Below are positions 50,950-61,172 of a stretch of DNA of 64,000 bases, piece after piece. The position numbers were made by a program, and so were the translations under genes. The stretch comes from Actinomycetota bacterium (GTDB taxonomy: Bacteria; Actinomycetota; Acidimicrobiia; Actinomarinales; Actinomarinaceae). How positions within the stretch are numbered: the first letter of the stretch is position 1; the number at the start of each line of letters is the position of its first letter. The notes under the pieces are model-generated. The model did no database searches and was not told the DNA's origin. It was given only the letters and a program-made list of their open reading frames with translations. Location: assembly GCA_014384285.1 (NCBI GenBank), contig JACNGE010000014.1:212513-276512 (forward strand), read 5' to 3'.

Positions 50950-52691
50950 CAGTATTTTCTTTCCATAGGTTCATATTTACCAAGTTCAACATCTTTATAT
51001 TCAAGTTTTACAGAATTTCCATTTTTGAATGCAAATGAATGTTTCATAAATTTTTTGTCGTCTCTATCTGGAAAATCTTCTCTAGAGTGAGCTCCCCGAG
51101 ATTCTTTTCTTGCTAAAGCGCTTGCTACTGTTGTATCTGCCATATCTAGTAGATAATCAAGTTCGATTGCTTCAAGAAGCTCACTATTAAATACTTTGCC
51201 TTTATCTTGAATTGTTACATTTTGATATCGTTCTCTTAGATTGGCCAAAATTTCTGTTTGGTTGTCTAAAGTCTCTTTTGATCTAAATATTTTTGCATTC
51301 TCTTCCATTGAATCCTGTAGTTCAGATCTAATGTTTGCAACCGAGAACTCAGTTGTATGTTCTTTTTCCATAAGGTTGTTTATTTTGTTTGATAAATCAT
51401 CTGCGGCTGATTCATTTAATGTACTTGCTTTAGTACTAGACACATAATCAACCATGCTCTGACCAGCTCTTTTACCAAAAACAACAATATCTAATAATGA
51501 GTTTGTACCAAGTCGATTAGCCCCATGTACACTCACACATGCTGCTTCTCCTGCGGCATAAACTCCCTCGATAACTCCACCCTTGTGATCGCTTAGAACT
51601 CTTCCATTCACATCAGTTGGTATGCCTCCCATTGCATAATGGGCGGTTGGCTGAACAGGTATAGGGTCATTGATAGGTTCAATCTTTACATAAGTTCTAA
51701 CAAAATCAGTAATATCTGGAAGTTTTTTCATAATTGCTTCTTCACCAAGATGCGTTAGGTCAAGATATACATAATCATTATTTGGCCCAGCACCATTTCC
51801 AGCACTTATTTCCGTTGCTATTGCTCTAGATACCATATCTCTTGGTGCTAGATCTTTTATAGAAGGAGCATATCTTTCCATAAACCTCTCGCCATCTTTG
51901 TTTCGTAAAATACCCCCTTCACCTCTGGCAGCCTCGGATAAAAGTATGCCTAATCTATAGATGCCAGTGGGGTGGAACTGATAAAACTCCATATCCTCAA
52001 GAGGGATTCCCTTCTGATACAGCATTCCCGGTCCATCTCCTGTAAGGGAGTGCGCATTTGAGCTTACCTTAAATATTTTTCCGAAGCCTCCAGTAGCAAA
52101 AGTTACAGCTCTAGCTTCAAAAACATGAAGATCTCCAGTTGCAATTTCATATGCTACTACGCCTTTACAAACACCATCTTCGATTTTTATATCTAAGACT
52201 TGGAACTCGTCAAAAAATTCAACGCCCATAGACACACATTTTTGATAAAGAGTTTGGAGTATCATATGGCCAGTTCTATCTGCTGCGTAGCAAGCTCTGA
52301 ATGCTGGTGCGGCACCTTCTTTTATAGTGTGGCCACCGAATCTTCTTTGCGCAATTTTTCCACTTTCTAATCGACTAAAAGGTAGACCCCAATGCTCAAG
52401 TTCAACTACTGCATCTATTGCTTCTTTGCAAAGTATGTCTACTGCTGGTTGATCAGCTAAGTAATCGGAGCCTTTTACTGTATCAAAGGCATGCCAATTC
52501 CAATTATCTTCTTCTACATTTGCAAGGGCTGCACTCATTCCTCCTTGAGCTGCTCCAGTATGAGATCTAGTTGGGTAAAGTTTTGTAATAACTGCAAGTT
52601 TCATCGTAGGCGCTGCTTCGATTGCTGCTCTAAGACCCGCACCTCCGGCACCAACAATTATTCCATCAAATGAATGTTTTACAATTTTCAT
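50949..52691 (-). CDS. sdhA: Succinate dehydrogenase flavoprotein subunit
   Basis: GAGGAG, RSHTGAAQGG, QFHPT, HYAMGG, VHGANRLG, ESRGAH. Confidence 0.98.
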   Translation of the reverse strand: MKIVKHSFDGIIVGAGGAGLRAAIEAAPTMKLAVITKLYPTRSHTGAAQGGMSAALANVEEDNWNWHAFDTVKGSDYLADQPAVDILCKEAIDAVVELEHWGLPFSRLESGKIAQRRFGGHTIKEGAAPAFRACYAADRTGHMILQTLYQKCVSMGVEFFDEFQVLDIKIEDGVCKGVVAYEIATGDLHVFEARAVTFATGGFGKIFKVSSNAHSLTGDGPGMLYQKGIPLEDMEFYQFHPTGIYRLGILLSEAARGEGGILRNKDGERFMERYAPSIKDLAPRDMVSRAIATEISAGNGAGPNNDYVYLDLTHLGEEAIMKKLPDITDFVRTYVKIEPINDPIPVQPTAHYAMGGIPTDVNGRVLSDHKGGVIEGVYAAGEAACVSVHGANRLGTNSLLDIVVFGKRAGQSMVDYVSSTKASTLNESAADDLSNKINNLMEKEHTTEFSVANIRSELQDSMEENAKIFRSKETLDNQTEILANLRERYQNVTIQDKGKVFNSELLEAIELDYLLDMADTTVASALARKESRGAHSREDFPDRDDKKFMKHSFAFKNGNSVKLEYKDVELGKYEPMERKY

Positions 52692-53098
52692 ACTTTGCTC
52701 ACAAAAGCCACGATGACATAAGTTCCTAATACAAAGAAACCAAGGCTTGTTACATACAAAGCAGAAAGAGAAAGCTTTCTAACTGTTGTATCAGATATAT
52801 TATCATGAAGAACAACTCTCAACCCATTAGTTCCGTGAAGCAAACTTAAAGCCAGAAGCAACCAGTCAAAAGCTCTCCAGTATGGAGTGTCCCAACGGGC
52901 AGCAACAAATTCATAATCTAGATTGAGTGTATCGTTGAATACATGCATAATGAACATGTGACCTACAGCAAGCAGAACTAGTAAAAGACCACTGACTCTC
53001 ATAAAGAACCAAGCATATAATTCAAAACTTGAACCAGCTAGTGGAGGCTGCCTCCGTCCCCAGTCTGTTCTTTGTGTTTTCATACTTACTATTTCCAA
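52688..53098 (-). CDS. sdhD: Succinate dehydrogenase hydrophobic anchor subunit
   Basis: WFFMRVSG, GHMFIMH, FVAARW, LHGTNGLR; 3 TM. Confidence 0.92.
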   Translation of the reverse strand: MEIVSMKTQRTDWGRRQPPLAGSSFELYAWFFMRVSGLLLVLLAVGHMFIMHVFNDTLNLDYEFVAARWDTPYWRAFDWLLLALSLLHGTNGLRVVLHDNISDTTVRKLSLSALYVTSLGFFVLGTYVIVAFVSKV

Positions 53099-53544
53099 TC
53101 CGGTATTGGTCTAATAATACAGTCAGTGACTGTAGTTCCAGGCGAACTCTTTTCTAGGCATAAATCAAAATATGATACGACCATCCTGTATGAAGATGGA
53201 ACAAAAACGCCAATGAAAATTACTAAAGATATAAGATTTAATTGTTTTTGATAATCTGAACCTTTTTTCCATAAATCAACAGTTATAATTCTAAGTCCAT
53301 TTATAGCATGAGCTAGGACTGCTCCAAATAGGCCAATTTCAGCAACTCTGAAATAAAAATTTTTATATATTGCTTCTGCTCCTTCATAAACTTCTGGGCC
53401 CAGAAGAATTAATGCTGTTGAAATAATATGTAGAAGTAGGTAGCCAAAAAGAGCAACACCAGTAACTCTGTGAAATATGTAGAGCCACATACTTGTCTTA
53501 CCTTTATAAATTCCTCCAGAGGAAACTAATTTTTGATTAGGCAT
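53089..53544 (-). CDS. sdhC: Succinate dehydrogenase cytochrome b556 subunit
   Basis: YKG...MW.YIFHRVTG, LHI, HAINGLRI. Confidence 0.92.
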   Translation of the reverse strand: MPNQKLVSSGGIYKGKTSMWLYIFHRVTGVALFGYLLLHIISTALILLGPEVYEGAEAIYKNFYFRVAEIGLFGAVLAHAINGLRIITVDLWKKGSDYQKQLNLISLVIFIGVFVPSSYRMVVSYFDLCLEKSSPGTTVTDCIIRPIPDWK

Positions 53545-53600
53545 TATATTATTATCCTACATTTCTCAAATTACATTAAATCAAATGAAGAATTAGCCTC

Positions 53601-53642
53601 TTGACAATTGTCCTAAAACTATATAGATTACACACATGTAAT
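53601..53642 (+). promoter_or_regulatory. whiB promoter (TTGACA, 17 bp, TAGATT) with palindrome ATTACA-caca-TGTAAT over the -10/TSS
   Basis: -35 at 53601-53606, -10 at 53624-53629, inverted repeat 53627-53642. Confidence 0.7.
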
Positions 53643-53667
53643 TTAGTTTTCTATATAAGGAGCAAGG

Positions 53668-53949
53668 GTGGAAAATTCAAAAATGGAAGATCTAATCGGA
53701 GGAATGCCTTCATGGACAGAAGAGGCAAACTGTAAAGGTGCAGATGCAGATATCTTTTTTCCCGAGAGAGGAGCATCAACTAGAAAAGCTAAATCTATCT
53801 GCAGAGCATGCAGTGTTCAGGAAGACTGTCTAGAGTTTGCTATCGAGCAATCAGAAAAATTTGGTATCTGGGGTGGTTTATCCGAAAGAGAACGTAGAAG
53901 TATAAAACGACAAAGAATTCAAAGTTTTGACATCAGAGAAGTTGGTTAA
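53668..53949 (+). CDS. whiB: WhiB-family Fe-S transcription regulator (WhiB/WhiB2-like)
   Basis: C-x-FFPERG.ST..AK.IC..C.V...CLE.A...EKFGIWGGLSERERR; SD AAGGAG. Confidence 0.95.
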   Translation: MENSKMEDLIGGMPSWTEEANCKGADADIFFPERGASTRKAKSICRACSVQEDCLEFAIEQSEKFGIWGGLSERERRSIKRQRIQSFDIREVG

Positions 53950-54401
53950 AAACTAAAACTCTCTTTATATTCGTTAAAGTCTCTTTCAATACCAATTTCA
54001 TCACTTTTGATAATCTCAGTTATAGTGTTGTTTTCGTCAGTTATATAAGAATACCTTAAAGCGATACCTGCCTTTTCATGAAAACAGCCAAACTTTTTTG
54101 ACACTTCACCGTGTGGCCAAAAATCCGCAAGTATGGGAAAGTCAATACCATAATGACTAGCCCATGCATTGTTTGTAGGGCTTGCTCCCACAGTAATTAT
54201 CACTGTTTGAGTTCCATCTTTCTCTATCGAGGATTTGTTGTCTCTTAAATCGCAAATCTCTTTATCGCAAACACTGCTAAATGGAAATGGAAGAAAAACA
54301 AACATAGTTTTCTTTCCTAAAAAATCTTTATCTTCGTAAGCCTGTTTATCGTAATTGTATAACTTAAATACAGGTATTGTATCCCCAACTTGTAAGGTCA
54401 T
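53946..54401 (-). CDS. Peroxiredoxin (AhpE/BCP-like)
   Basis: VGD..P.F, PFPFSSVCDKE (PxxxSxxC), LADFWPHGEVS. Confidence 0.9.
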   Translation of the reverse strand: MTLQVGDTIPVFKLYNYDKQAYEDKDFLGKKTMFVFLPFPFSSVCDKEICDLRDNKSSIEKDGTQTVIITVGASPTNNAWASHYGIDFPILADFWPHGEVSKKFGCFHEKAGIALRYSYITDENNTITEIIKSDEIGIERDFNEYKESFSF

Positions 54402-54437
54402 TTATTCTCCTTTTTATATATATATTACTTACTTTAA

Positions 54438-55481
54438 TTAAATAGGTGGGAGAGAAGTTCTTGCAGCCCATGCTATAGGGTCTTCAATCTCATCCCTACT
54501 TGGTATAAGATTTTTATCACTTAAAATATCATCAATTGTGAATTCGTTACTTGAATTAATTAAAAATTCAAAGAAAAGTGTAGTCGATTCATCAAGTTCA
54601 TTTATACCAGCTTCAAAATCACTTAATGGACTTTGCTCAATTGGAAAACTTAAATCCATTACGAGATCAAATGTCGAATCATCCTGAATTAGATTTAGTT
54701 CTTTGGCTTTGGACATTATAACCCCCCTATAAAAACTTAATGGTGCAATGATTTCTTCAAGAATTTTTGACGGATCAAACCCTTCAATTCCTGAAAAATT
54801 ATTCAAAATTTCCTGTGGGTTTGTCATATTTGCAGGATCTATCTCCATACCTTGTAGACCTGACATCATCTCTTTACTAGCAATTTCAAGACTCTCAATA
54901 ATTTTTACAAATGGTGCTGAATACCTTCCAAGACTAAGTGCGACAGATTCTAAAGCTATCAAAGATAAAGCTAATTGATTAAGATCAGCTTCAAACTGAT
55001 CAATCCTAGCGAAGTACTTACTTTTATTGATTGCGAGTGTTTTTGACTGCGGAAGAATAATTCCAAAGTGACTTAGCCCCCACATGTTTTTACTTACCAT
55101 TCCTGCCAAGTTGCCGAGTTGCATACCAATAATTGATGACTGAATATTTCCAAGCTGCATACCACCAGGAAGATCCCCAATGCTAAAGTTTGAAAAATCA
55201 AAATGTTGTATGGAATCTAGAAACCAGTCTCCATATTCACTAGGACCTAGTAATTGAATACTTGATTGTTGAGTATTCTGTTCAAAATTATTTTCGATAT
55301 TTAATTCCAAATATCTAAATAGTTCTTCCAAATTTAATTCTTCATTTGAAAGCTCAAAGAGATTTTTCTCTGAATCTTTATTTAGATGTTTGTTTATCTG
55401 TTTTGAAAGCTCCCAATTTACCTCAGAATCATTGTTATTAAATAAATTAAAAAATTGAGAGAATATATCTTCAGACATCAA
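54438..55481 (-). CDS. Actinobacterial zincin-like (DUF2342/Rv3195-type) protein, divergent, metal motif not evident
   Basis: VNWELS.Q, GMQLG..AG.VS, C-terminal LIPS..EI.DP.AW..R; no HExxH. Confidence 0.6.
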   Translation of the reverse strand: MMSEDIFSQFFNLFNNNDSEVNWELSKQINKHLNKDSEKNLFELSNEELNLEELFRYLELNIENNFEQNTQQSSIQLLGPSEYGDWFLDSIQHFDFSNFSIGDLPGGMQLGNIQSSIIGMQLGNLAGMVSKNMWGLSHFGIILPQSKTLAINKSKYFARIDQFEADLNQLALSLIALESVALSLGRYSAPFVKIIESLEIASKEMMSGLQGMEIDPANMTNPQEILNNFSGIEGFDPSKILEEIIAPLSFYRGVIMSKAKELNLIQDDSTFDLVMDLSFPIEQSPLSDFEAGINELDESTTLFFEFLINSSNEFTIDDILSDKNLIPSRDEIEDPIAWAARTSLPPI

Positions 55482-56686
55482 ACATCAGAGGGTCTAAGGT
55501 CAAGTAAGAATTCCAATATAATTGCTTGACCATTTCTAGTTATCTCTATGCTTATTTCATCACCAGCTTTTTTACTTCTTAACAGACTGATTAAGCCATC
55601 AAGCGTTTTAATATTTTTTCCGTTTACTTTTTTAATGATATCTCCCGGCAAAGCACCTGCTTTACCTATTGCATATATATCGTTTGCTGGACCATAAAGT
55701 TCTTGGATTACGACACCTGAAAAAATTCTCGCTCCATCTTCTGCAACTTCAAAATGTTGTGCGCCAAGAATTCCAAGAAATGAATGATAAACTTTACCAT
55801 CATCAAGTAAGTCTTGACTTATATTTAATGCTAAATTTATAGGTACAGCAAAACCTAGGCCCTCGGCACCTACATCTGCAGTTGCAATAGCAGTTGTTAT
55901 CCCAATAAGCTCACCATTTTGATTCAACAATGCTCCACCACTAGATCCTCGAGTTATGGGAGCATCTGTTTGTATAAGCCCAAATAGAGTTACTGAAGAG
56001 CTCATGTCCTGTCCACCAACATCAAGCCTTCGTTCTAATGCAGAAACAATTCCTGTAGTTACAGTAGGTGCAGCGCCAAGTGTAAGTGGGTGCCCTATAG
56101 CAACTGCTAGGTCTCCTACAACTAGAATATCGCTATTACCTATTGCAATTGGAGTTAAGTTATTAGATTCAATTTTAACTAGGCCAATGTCAGTCAGTTG
56201 ATCAGAACCAATAATCTCTGCTTTATACATTCTTCCGTCTTCAAAAATTACTCTCACAGATGCAGCATCATCAATTACATGGTGGTTTGTAATTATTAAT
56301 CCTTCTGAGGAGATAACTACTCCTGAACCTCCACCCAGAGATATAAATTCATCATTCTCATTTACCTCACCAACCTGAATTTGGACTATTGTTTTTGTTG
56401 CCATTTCAGCAATAGAAACAATTTCTGTTGAGTCTATTCGCGGCATGATTAGCTCTTTTTCTGTCACTGTCTCGGTAATGGTTACTGGATCAGGAATTAC
56501 AATTTCATCTTCTTCAAAGATTCCATATACAAACAAAAAAGATAAAACTATTGCACTTGTAAGAATAGAGCTGCCGATAATTGAATTAAATGATGATTTA
56601 GTCTTACTTGACTTTTGCTCAATTAAATCAGAAATATATTTTTCTTGTTGAAAGAGCTCTTGTTGTTCGAAATTTTCATTTTCCAT
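55478..56686 (-). CDS. htrA: HtrA/DegP-family serine protease with TM anchor and one PDZ domain (start probably 56686)
   Basis: GSGVVI, TNHHV, DIGLVKI, IQTDAPI..GSSGG, C-terminal PDZ (GDII.KVNG). Confidence 0.93.
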   Translation of the reverse strand: MENENFEQQELFQQEKYISDLIEQKSSKTKSSFNSIIGSSILTSAIVLSFLFVYGIFEEDEIVIPDPVTITETVTEKELIMPRIDSTEIVSIAEMATKTIVQIQVGEVNENDEFISLGGGSGVVISSEGLIITNHHVIDDAASVRVIFEDGRMYKAEIIGSDQLTDIGLVKIESNNLTPIAIGNSDILVVGDLAVAIGHPLTLGAAPTVTTGIVSALERRLDVGGQDMSSSVTLFGLIQTDAPITRGSSGGALLNQNGELIGITTAIATADVGAEGLGFAVPINLALNISQDLLDDGKVYHSFLGILGAQHFEVAEDGARIFSGVVIQELYGPANDIYAIGKAGALPGDIIKKVNGKNIKTLDGLISLLRSKKAGDEISIEITRNGQAIILEFLLDLRPSDV

Positions 56687-56855
56687 ATATCTCATAATAT
56701 ATGTAGTTCAAACGTATTGATACTCAAGAGAGGATAGATTGATAAAAACTTTTATCTGGGGACTTCATATTTTAATTATGGTTTCCTGAGGTTTTTTTTA
56801 CATCTTGTTTTTAAGTTGTGAAATGGATACCCCATCAGTTAAAGTTATAAAGTAG

Positions 56856-57644
56856 ATGTTAGCCATTAATAACCTAGAGGTAGTTTATCAAGATGTAATA
56901 CTTGTTCTTAGAGGCGTATCTTTAGGGATAAAAAAAGGTGAAATAGTGGCATTGCTTGGCAGTAATGGCGCGGGAAAAACTACAGTAATTCGATCGATAA
57001 CTGGTTTATTAGATGTTCAAAATGGTGACATCACAAAAGGCTCTATATCATTAGATGGTGAAGACATTACAAACTTGAACCCTTCTAAGATTGTTGAAAA
57101 AGGGATAGCCCAAGTACTAGAAGGAAGGAGAATATTTTCCGAACTAACTGTTATTGAGAATTTAAGACTTGGTGGTCATACAAACAGCAATAATATCAAA
57201 GACAACATTGATAAAGTATTGGATTTATTTCCAATATTAAAAGAAAGGTCAAAAAATACAGCAGGGTACCTTTCAGGTGGAGAACAGCAAATGCTAGCAA
57301 TTGGTAGAGCACTAATGTCAGACCCGAGTTATCTTCTTCTAGATGAACCCAGTCTTGGTTTAGCCCCAAAACTAGTTGATGAAGTTGCTGAGCTAATACT
57401 AGAAATAAATTCTCAAGGTGTAACGGTTTTACTTGTTGAGCAAAATGCGAACATGGCACTTAATATTTCAAATCACGGTTATATCATGGAAACTGGAAAT
57501 GTAGTTATGGATAATAAAAGCAATTTACTACTTAACGATGAAGACGTAAGAGAGTTTTACTTAGGCCTAAATGCTGAAGGAACTAAAAGAAAATCTTTTA
57601 AAGATGTTAAACATTACAAAAGAAAGAAAAGGTGGTTGTCATAG
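56856..57644 (+). CDS. Liv-type ABC transporter ATPase (LivF-like)
   Basis: GSNGAGKTT, EGRRIF, LSGGEQQMLAIGRALM, LDEPSLGLAP. Confidence 0.94.
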   Translation: MLAINNLEVVYQDVILVLRGVSLGIKKGEIVALLGSNGAGKTTVIRSITGLLDVQNGDITKGSISLDGEDITNLNPSKIVEKGIAQVLEGRRIFSELTVIENLRLGGHTNSNNIKDNIDKVLDLFPILKERSKNTAGYLSGGEQQMLAIGRALMSDPSYLLLDEPSLGLAPKLVDEVAELILEINSQGVTVLLVEQNANMALNISNHGYIMETGNVVMDNKSNLLLNDEDVREFYLGLNAEGTKRKSFKDVKHYKRKKRWLS

Positions 57645-58402
57645 AGTCCTTAAAGTTTAACAATGTAACACTAAAATTTGGTGGGATAACTGCATTAAAT
57701 GATATAAGTTTTGAAGTTAAGCCTAAAACTTTGTATTCAATCATAGGACCAAACGGTGCTGGAAAGACCTCGATCTTCAATTGTATTAGCGGTATCTACA
57801 GACCTACAGAAGGAACGGTTACCTATGGAGAAAATAAAATTAATGATTTACGACCGGATGAAGTAGCCTCACTAGGAATAGCACGAACCTTTCAAAACAT
57901 CGAATTATTTGAAAACATGACAGTATTAGACAATATCTTAATCGGGTGTCATAGACAATTAGACTATGGTCCAGTTTCAAGTCTACTTTTCAGTAAAAAG
58001 GTAAGAAAAAATGAACTTGAGGCTAGAAAAATTGCAGAAGAGATTATTGATTTTCTTGAAATTGAACAATTTAGATCCTCCTATATCATGTCTCTCCCTT
58101 ACGGTGTTCAAAAAAGAGTTGAACTAGGAAGAGCACTCGCTATGAACCCAGACATGCTGTTGCTTGATGAACCAGCAGCAGGTATGAATAATGAAGAAAC
58201 TGAAGATATTGCAAGATTTATTATTGATATTCACGAAGAAATGAAAAAGACCATAATTATGGTTGATCATGATATGAATATGGTCATGGATATAGCTGAA
58301 GAAGTTATGGTATTGAATTTTGGTGAAAAATTAGCTGAGGGAGTTCCTACTGAAATTGTTAAAGACAAACAAGTTATTGATGCATATTTGGGGGTGGGTT
58401 AA
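57632..58402 (+). CDS. Liv-type ABC transporter ATPase (LivG-like)
   Basis: FGGITAL, GPNGAGKT, ARTFQN, LPYG.QKRVELGRAL, AYLG. Confidence 0.94.
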   Translation: MVVIESLKFNNVTLKFGGITALNDISFEVKPKTLYSIIGPNGAGKTSIFNCISGIYRPTEGTVTYGENKINDLRPDEVASLGIARTFQNIELFENMTVLDNILIGCHRQLDYGPVSSLLFSKKVRKNELEARKIAEEIIDFLEIEQFRSSYIMSLPYGVQKRVELGRALAMNPDMLLLDEPAAGMNNEETEDIARFIIDIHEEMKKTIIMVDHDMNMVMDIAEEVMVLNFGEKLAEGVPTEIVKDKQVIDAYLGVG

Positions 58403-58404
58403 GT

Positions 58405-60255
58405 ATGGCACTATCAATGGACAAAATTTATGAAGAAATCTTAAGAGATGGAGGGGAAACTCCGTCAAAGAAAGTAAGAGAGACTGCACAACGTTTTCCA
58501 GAAATGATTGCAATGAGGTATAAAGAATACGGCTTGTGGCAAGAAACAACTTATGTAGATTTTTGGTTGAAGTCTAATTACTTAAGTATGGCATTAAAAA
58601 ATTTTGGAGTGCTCAAAGGAGATTCGGTTGCTATTCATTCTGAAAATAGACCCGAATGGTTTATTGCCGATATAGGAATCCAGTCAATGGGATTTGTGAG
58701 TGTCGGTCTCTATCCTTCAAACCCATCTTCAGAAGTCAAGTATTTGCTTTCCCATTCTGAAGCTAAGATACTATTTGCCGAAGATCAAGAACAAGTTGAC
58801 AAAGCTTTAGAAGTTATTGACGAGCTACCAGGATTAGAGAAGATTATCTACTTCGAAGAAAGAGGTTTATACAATTATGATCATCCTAAGCTAATGAAAT
58901 TTGAGGATTTCCTTGAAATTGGAAGAACCGAACATGAAAATAATCCTACACATGTCGATGAACAACTTGATGAAATTCAAGATGAAGATATAGCTTTTTT
59001 AGTTTACACATCTGGAACAACTGGACCGCCTAAAGGATCTATGATTTCTCATGGAAATATCAAATGGGTTGGATCACAGATACCAAACTTTTCGTTAGTT
59101 GAATCTGTCACTGCAACTAACCCACAATTTTTATCTTACTTACCCTTATGTCACATTTTTGGACGATTAACAGATTTATTGATAGCCACACACACGCTTG
59201 CCACAATAAATTTTGCTGAGTCCATAGACACTGTTCAAATGGACTTAGTTGAAATTCAACCTACGATTTTTCCAGCTGTACCAAGAATTCTTGAAAGAAT
59301 GCACGCTGGAGCAATGGTAAGAATGAAAGATGCGACTTTTTTAAAAAAACAATTATTTAGAGTTGCTATGTATTTTGGAAATATGGGTGCGGAACGAAAG
59401 CTCGAAAAAGGTTTTAATGACAAAATTGCACAAATTTATATTGGTATAGGGTGGCTATTAGCATTTAGAACACTGAAAAAAAAGCTAGGTTTGAGTAAAG
59501 CAGAAACAGCTATTTCTGGTGCAGCACCCATAGCTCCAGAAATATTAAAGTTCTTTCTAGCATTAGGTGTCCCAATTTTTGAAGGTTACGGTATGACGGA
59601 AAACTGTGCTTACGCATCAGGAAACAACGATAAAAAAATGAAACTAGGAACGGTAGGGGTTCCAAACTATGGTGTTGAAATAAAACTTGCAGAAGATGGA
59701 GAAATTTTAGTGAAATCACCTGCAGTTTTTAAAGGTTACTTTAAAGATGAGGAAGCCACTCGGGAGACTATAGATGAAGATGGGTGGTTGTACACAGGTG
59801 ATGTAGGAGTATTTGATGGAGAATTTCTTAAGATAGTCGACAGAAAAAAAGATATCATCATAACGAGTGGAGGAAAGAATGTATCTCCTCAAGAAATTGA
59901 AAATAAAATAAAAGTTTCACCATTTATAAAAGATGCACTTGTAATTGGAGACAATAGGAAGTTTTTATCAGCATTAATAGCAATAGAATTTGAAACTGTT
60001 TCAAATTGGGCTCTTCGAAAAAATATCGCACACACTACTTACAGAGATTTATCAGAAAAAAAAGAAGTTAAAGATCTGATTTGGAGTGAAATATTAAAAG
60101 CTAATGCAGAAACCTCCACACTAGAAATCAGAAAATTTCAGATGATTCCTAAGGAATTAGATCACGAAGATGGGGAAATGACTGCTACTCAAAAAATAAA
60201 AAGGAATGTTTTAATGGAAAAATTTAGTAGCTTGATTGAGGAGATGTACAGTTGA
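58405..60255 (+). CDS. Long-chain acyl-CoA synthetase (FadD15/FAA1-like AMP-binding enzyme)
   Basis: YTSGTTGPPKG, LSYLPLCH, EGYGMTE, GWLYTGDVG, DRKKDIIITSGGKNVSP. Confidence 0.93.
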   Translation: MALSMDKIYEEILRDGGETPSKKVRETAQRFPEMIAMRYKEYGLWQETTYVDFWLKSNYLSMALKNFGVLKGDSVAIHSENRPEWFIADIGIQSMGFVSVGLYPSNPSSEVKYLLSHSEAKILFAEDQEQVDKALEVIDELPGLEKIIYFEERGLYNYDHPKLMKFEDFLEIGRTEHENNPTHVDEQLDEIQDEDIAFLVYTSGTTGPPKGSMISHGNIKWVGSQIPNFSLVESVTATNPQFLSYLPLCHIFGRLTDLLIATHTLATINFAESIDTVQMDLVEIQPTIFPAVPRILERMHAGAMVRMKDATFLKKQLFRVAMYFGNMGAERKLEKGFNDKIAQIYIGIGWLLAFRTLKKKLGLSKAETAISGAAPIAPEILKFFLALGVPIFEGYGMTENCAYASGNNDKKMKLGTVGVPNYGVEIKLAEDGEILVKSPAVFKGYFKDEEATRETIDEDGWLYTGDVGVFDGEFLKIVDRKKDIIITSGGKNVSPQEIENKIKVSPFIKDALVIGDNRKFLSALIAIEFETVSNWALRKNIAHTTYRDLSEKKEVKDLIWSEILKANAETSTLEIRKFQMIPKELDHEDGEMTATQKIKRNVLMEKFSSLIEEMYS

Positions 60256-61172
60256 TTATCTTTTTACAAGCAACAGTTGAAGGCCTATCCCTAGCTGCAA
60301 TCTATTCACTAGTTGCTATTGGCTTTGTTTTAATTTACAAAGCTATGGAGGTATTAAGTTTCGCTCAACCAGCGCTTGCTGTAGTGGGAGCAGGGATAAT
60401 TAGTTTTCTATCAGTCGAGCGAGGAATTCCTTTTTGGATTGCTTTAGTTCTTGGGGTTATCTTTACAGGAGTTTTGGGATTGATAATTGAGAGAACTTTC
60501 TTAAGACCTATGGTAGGTGAACCAGTTTTCTCAGTCGCAGTTTTAACAATTGGAATTGATTTATTATTGAGAACACTTCTTGATAGTTGGATTGGGATTA
60601 ATCCCAAATACATGGGTGACCCTTTTCCAAGTTATGGAAACTTTGGGGCTGTAAATGTTGGCGGTGTAAATATAAAATATCTTGAAGTAGCAGCTTTTTT
60701 CACCGCAGTTGTTCTTATATTGCTATTGACTATTTTCTTTAGAAAGTCAAAGTATGGAATCGCAATGAGAGCCACATCTTATGACCAAGAAGCGGCCATG
60801 GCCCAAGGCATCAATGTAGGAAGAATTTTTGGACTTGTATGGTTAATAGCGGGTATTCTAGCTGCCTTTGCGGGATTCTTTATCACAGGAGGTTTTAATA
60901 CATTATCTCAATTTAGTTTTATATCTGCTTTAAGAGCATTACCCGCAGTTGTAATTGGTGGCCTAGACTCAATTCCTGGAGCAGTAGTTGGGTCAATAAT
61001 AATTGGTTTAACACAAGGATATGTTGCATACTACCAACTTACATTTGAGGCTTTCATTGGGTTTTCTTTTGGGAGTGGTTTTTCAATTGTTGCTCCATAT
61101 TTAATTATGTTTGTTATTTTAATATTTAAACCTGACGGACTATTTGGAACAGAGGAGGTAGAAAGAGTATGA
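60252..61172 (+). CDS. Liv-type ABC permease (LivH-like)
   Basis: IYSLVAIGFVLIYKA...SFAQ, GIAMRAT, GGLDS..GAVVG, KPDGLFG. Confidence 0.92.
   Translation: MIIFLQATVEGLSLAAIYSLVAIGFVLIYKAMEVLSFAQPALAVVGAGIISFLSVERGIPFWIALVLGVIFTGVLGLIIERTFLRPMVGEPVFSVAVLTIGIDLLLRTLLDSWIGINPKYMGDPFPSYGNFGAVNVGGVNIKYLEVAAFFTAVVLILLLTIFFRKSKYGIAMRATSYDQEAAMAQGINVGRIFGLVWLIAGILAAFAGFFITGGFNTLSQFSFISALRALPAVVIGGLDSIPGAVVGSIIIGLTQGYVAYYQLTFEAFIGFSFGSGFSIVAPYLIMFVILIFKPDGLFGTEEVERV

Noticed and set aside
56817..56832. TGTGA half-site suggesting a CRP/GlxR box
   Set aside because: The second half-site (TACCC) does not match TCACA.
56700..56855. Possible riboswitch or sRNA in the htrA/livF gap (GATAAAA-ac-TTTTATC, an imperfect stem 56758-56790 and a T run)
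   Set aside because: Stems are weak and AT-rich and I recognise no aptamer consensus. An Rfam or covariation search would be needed.
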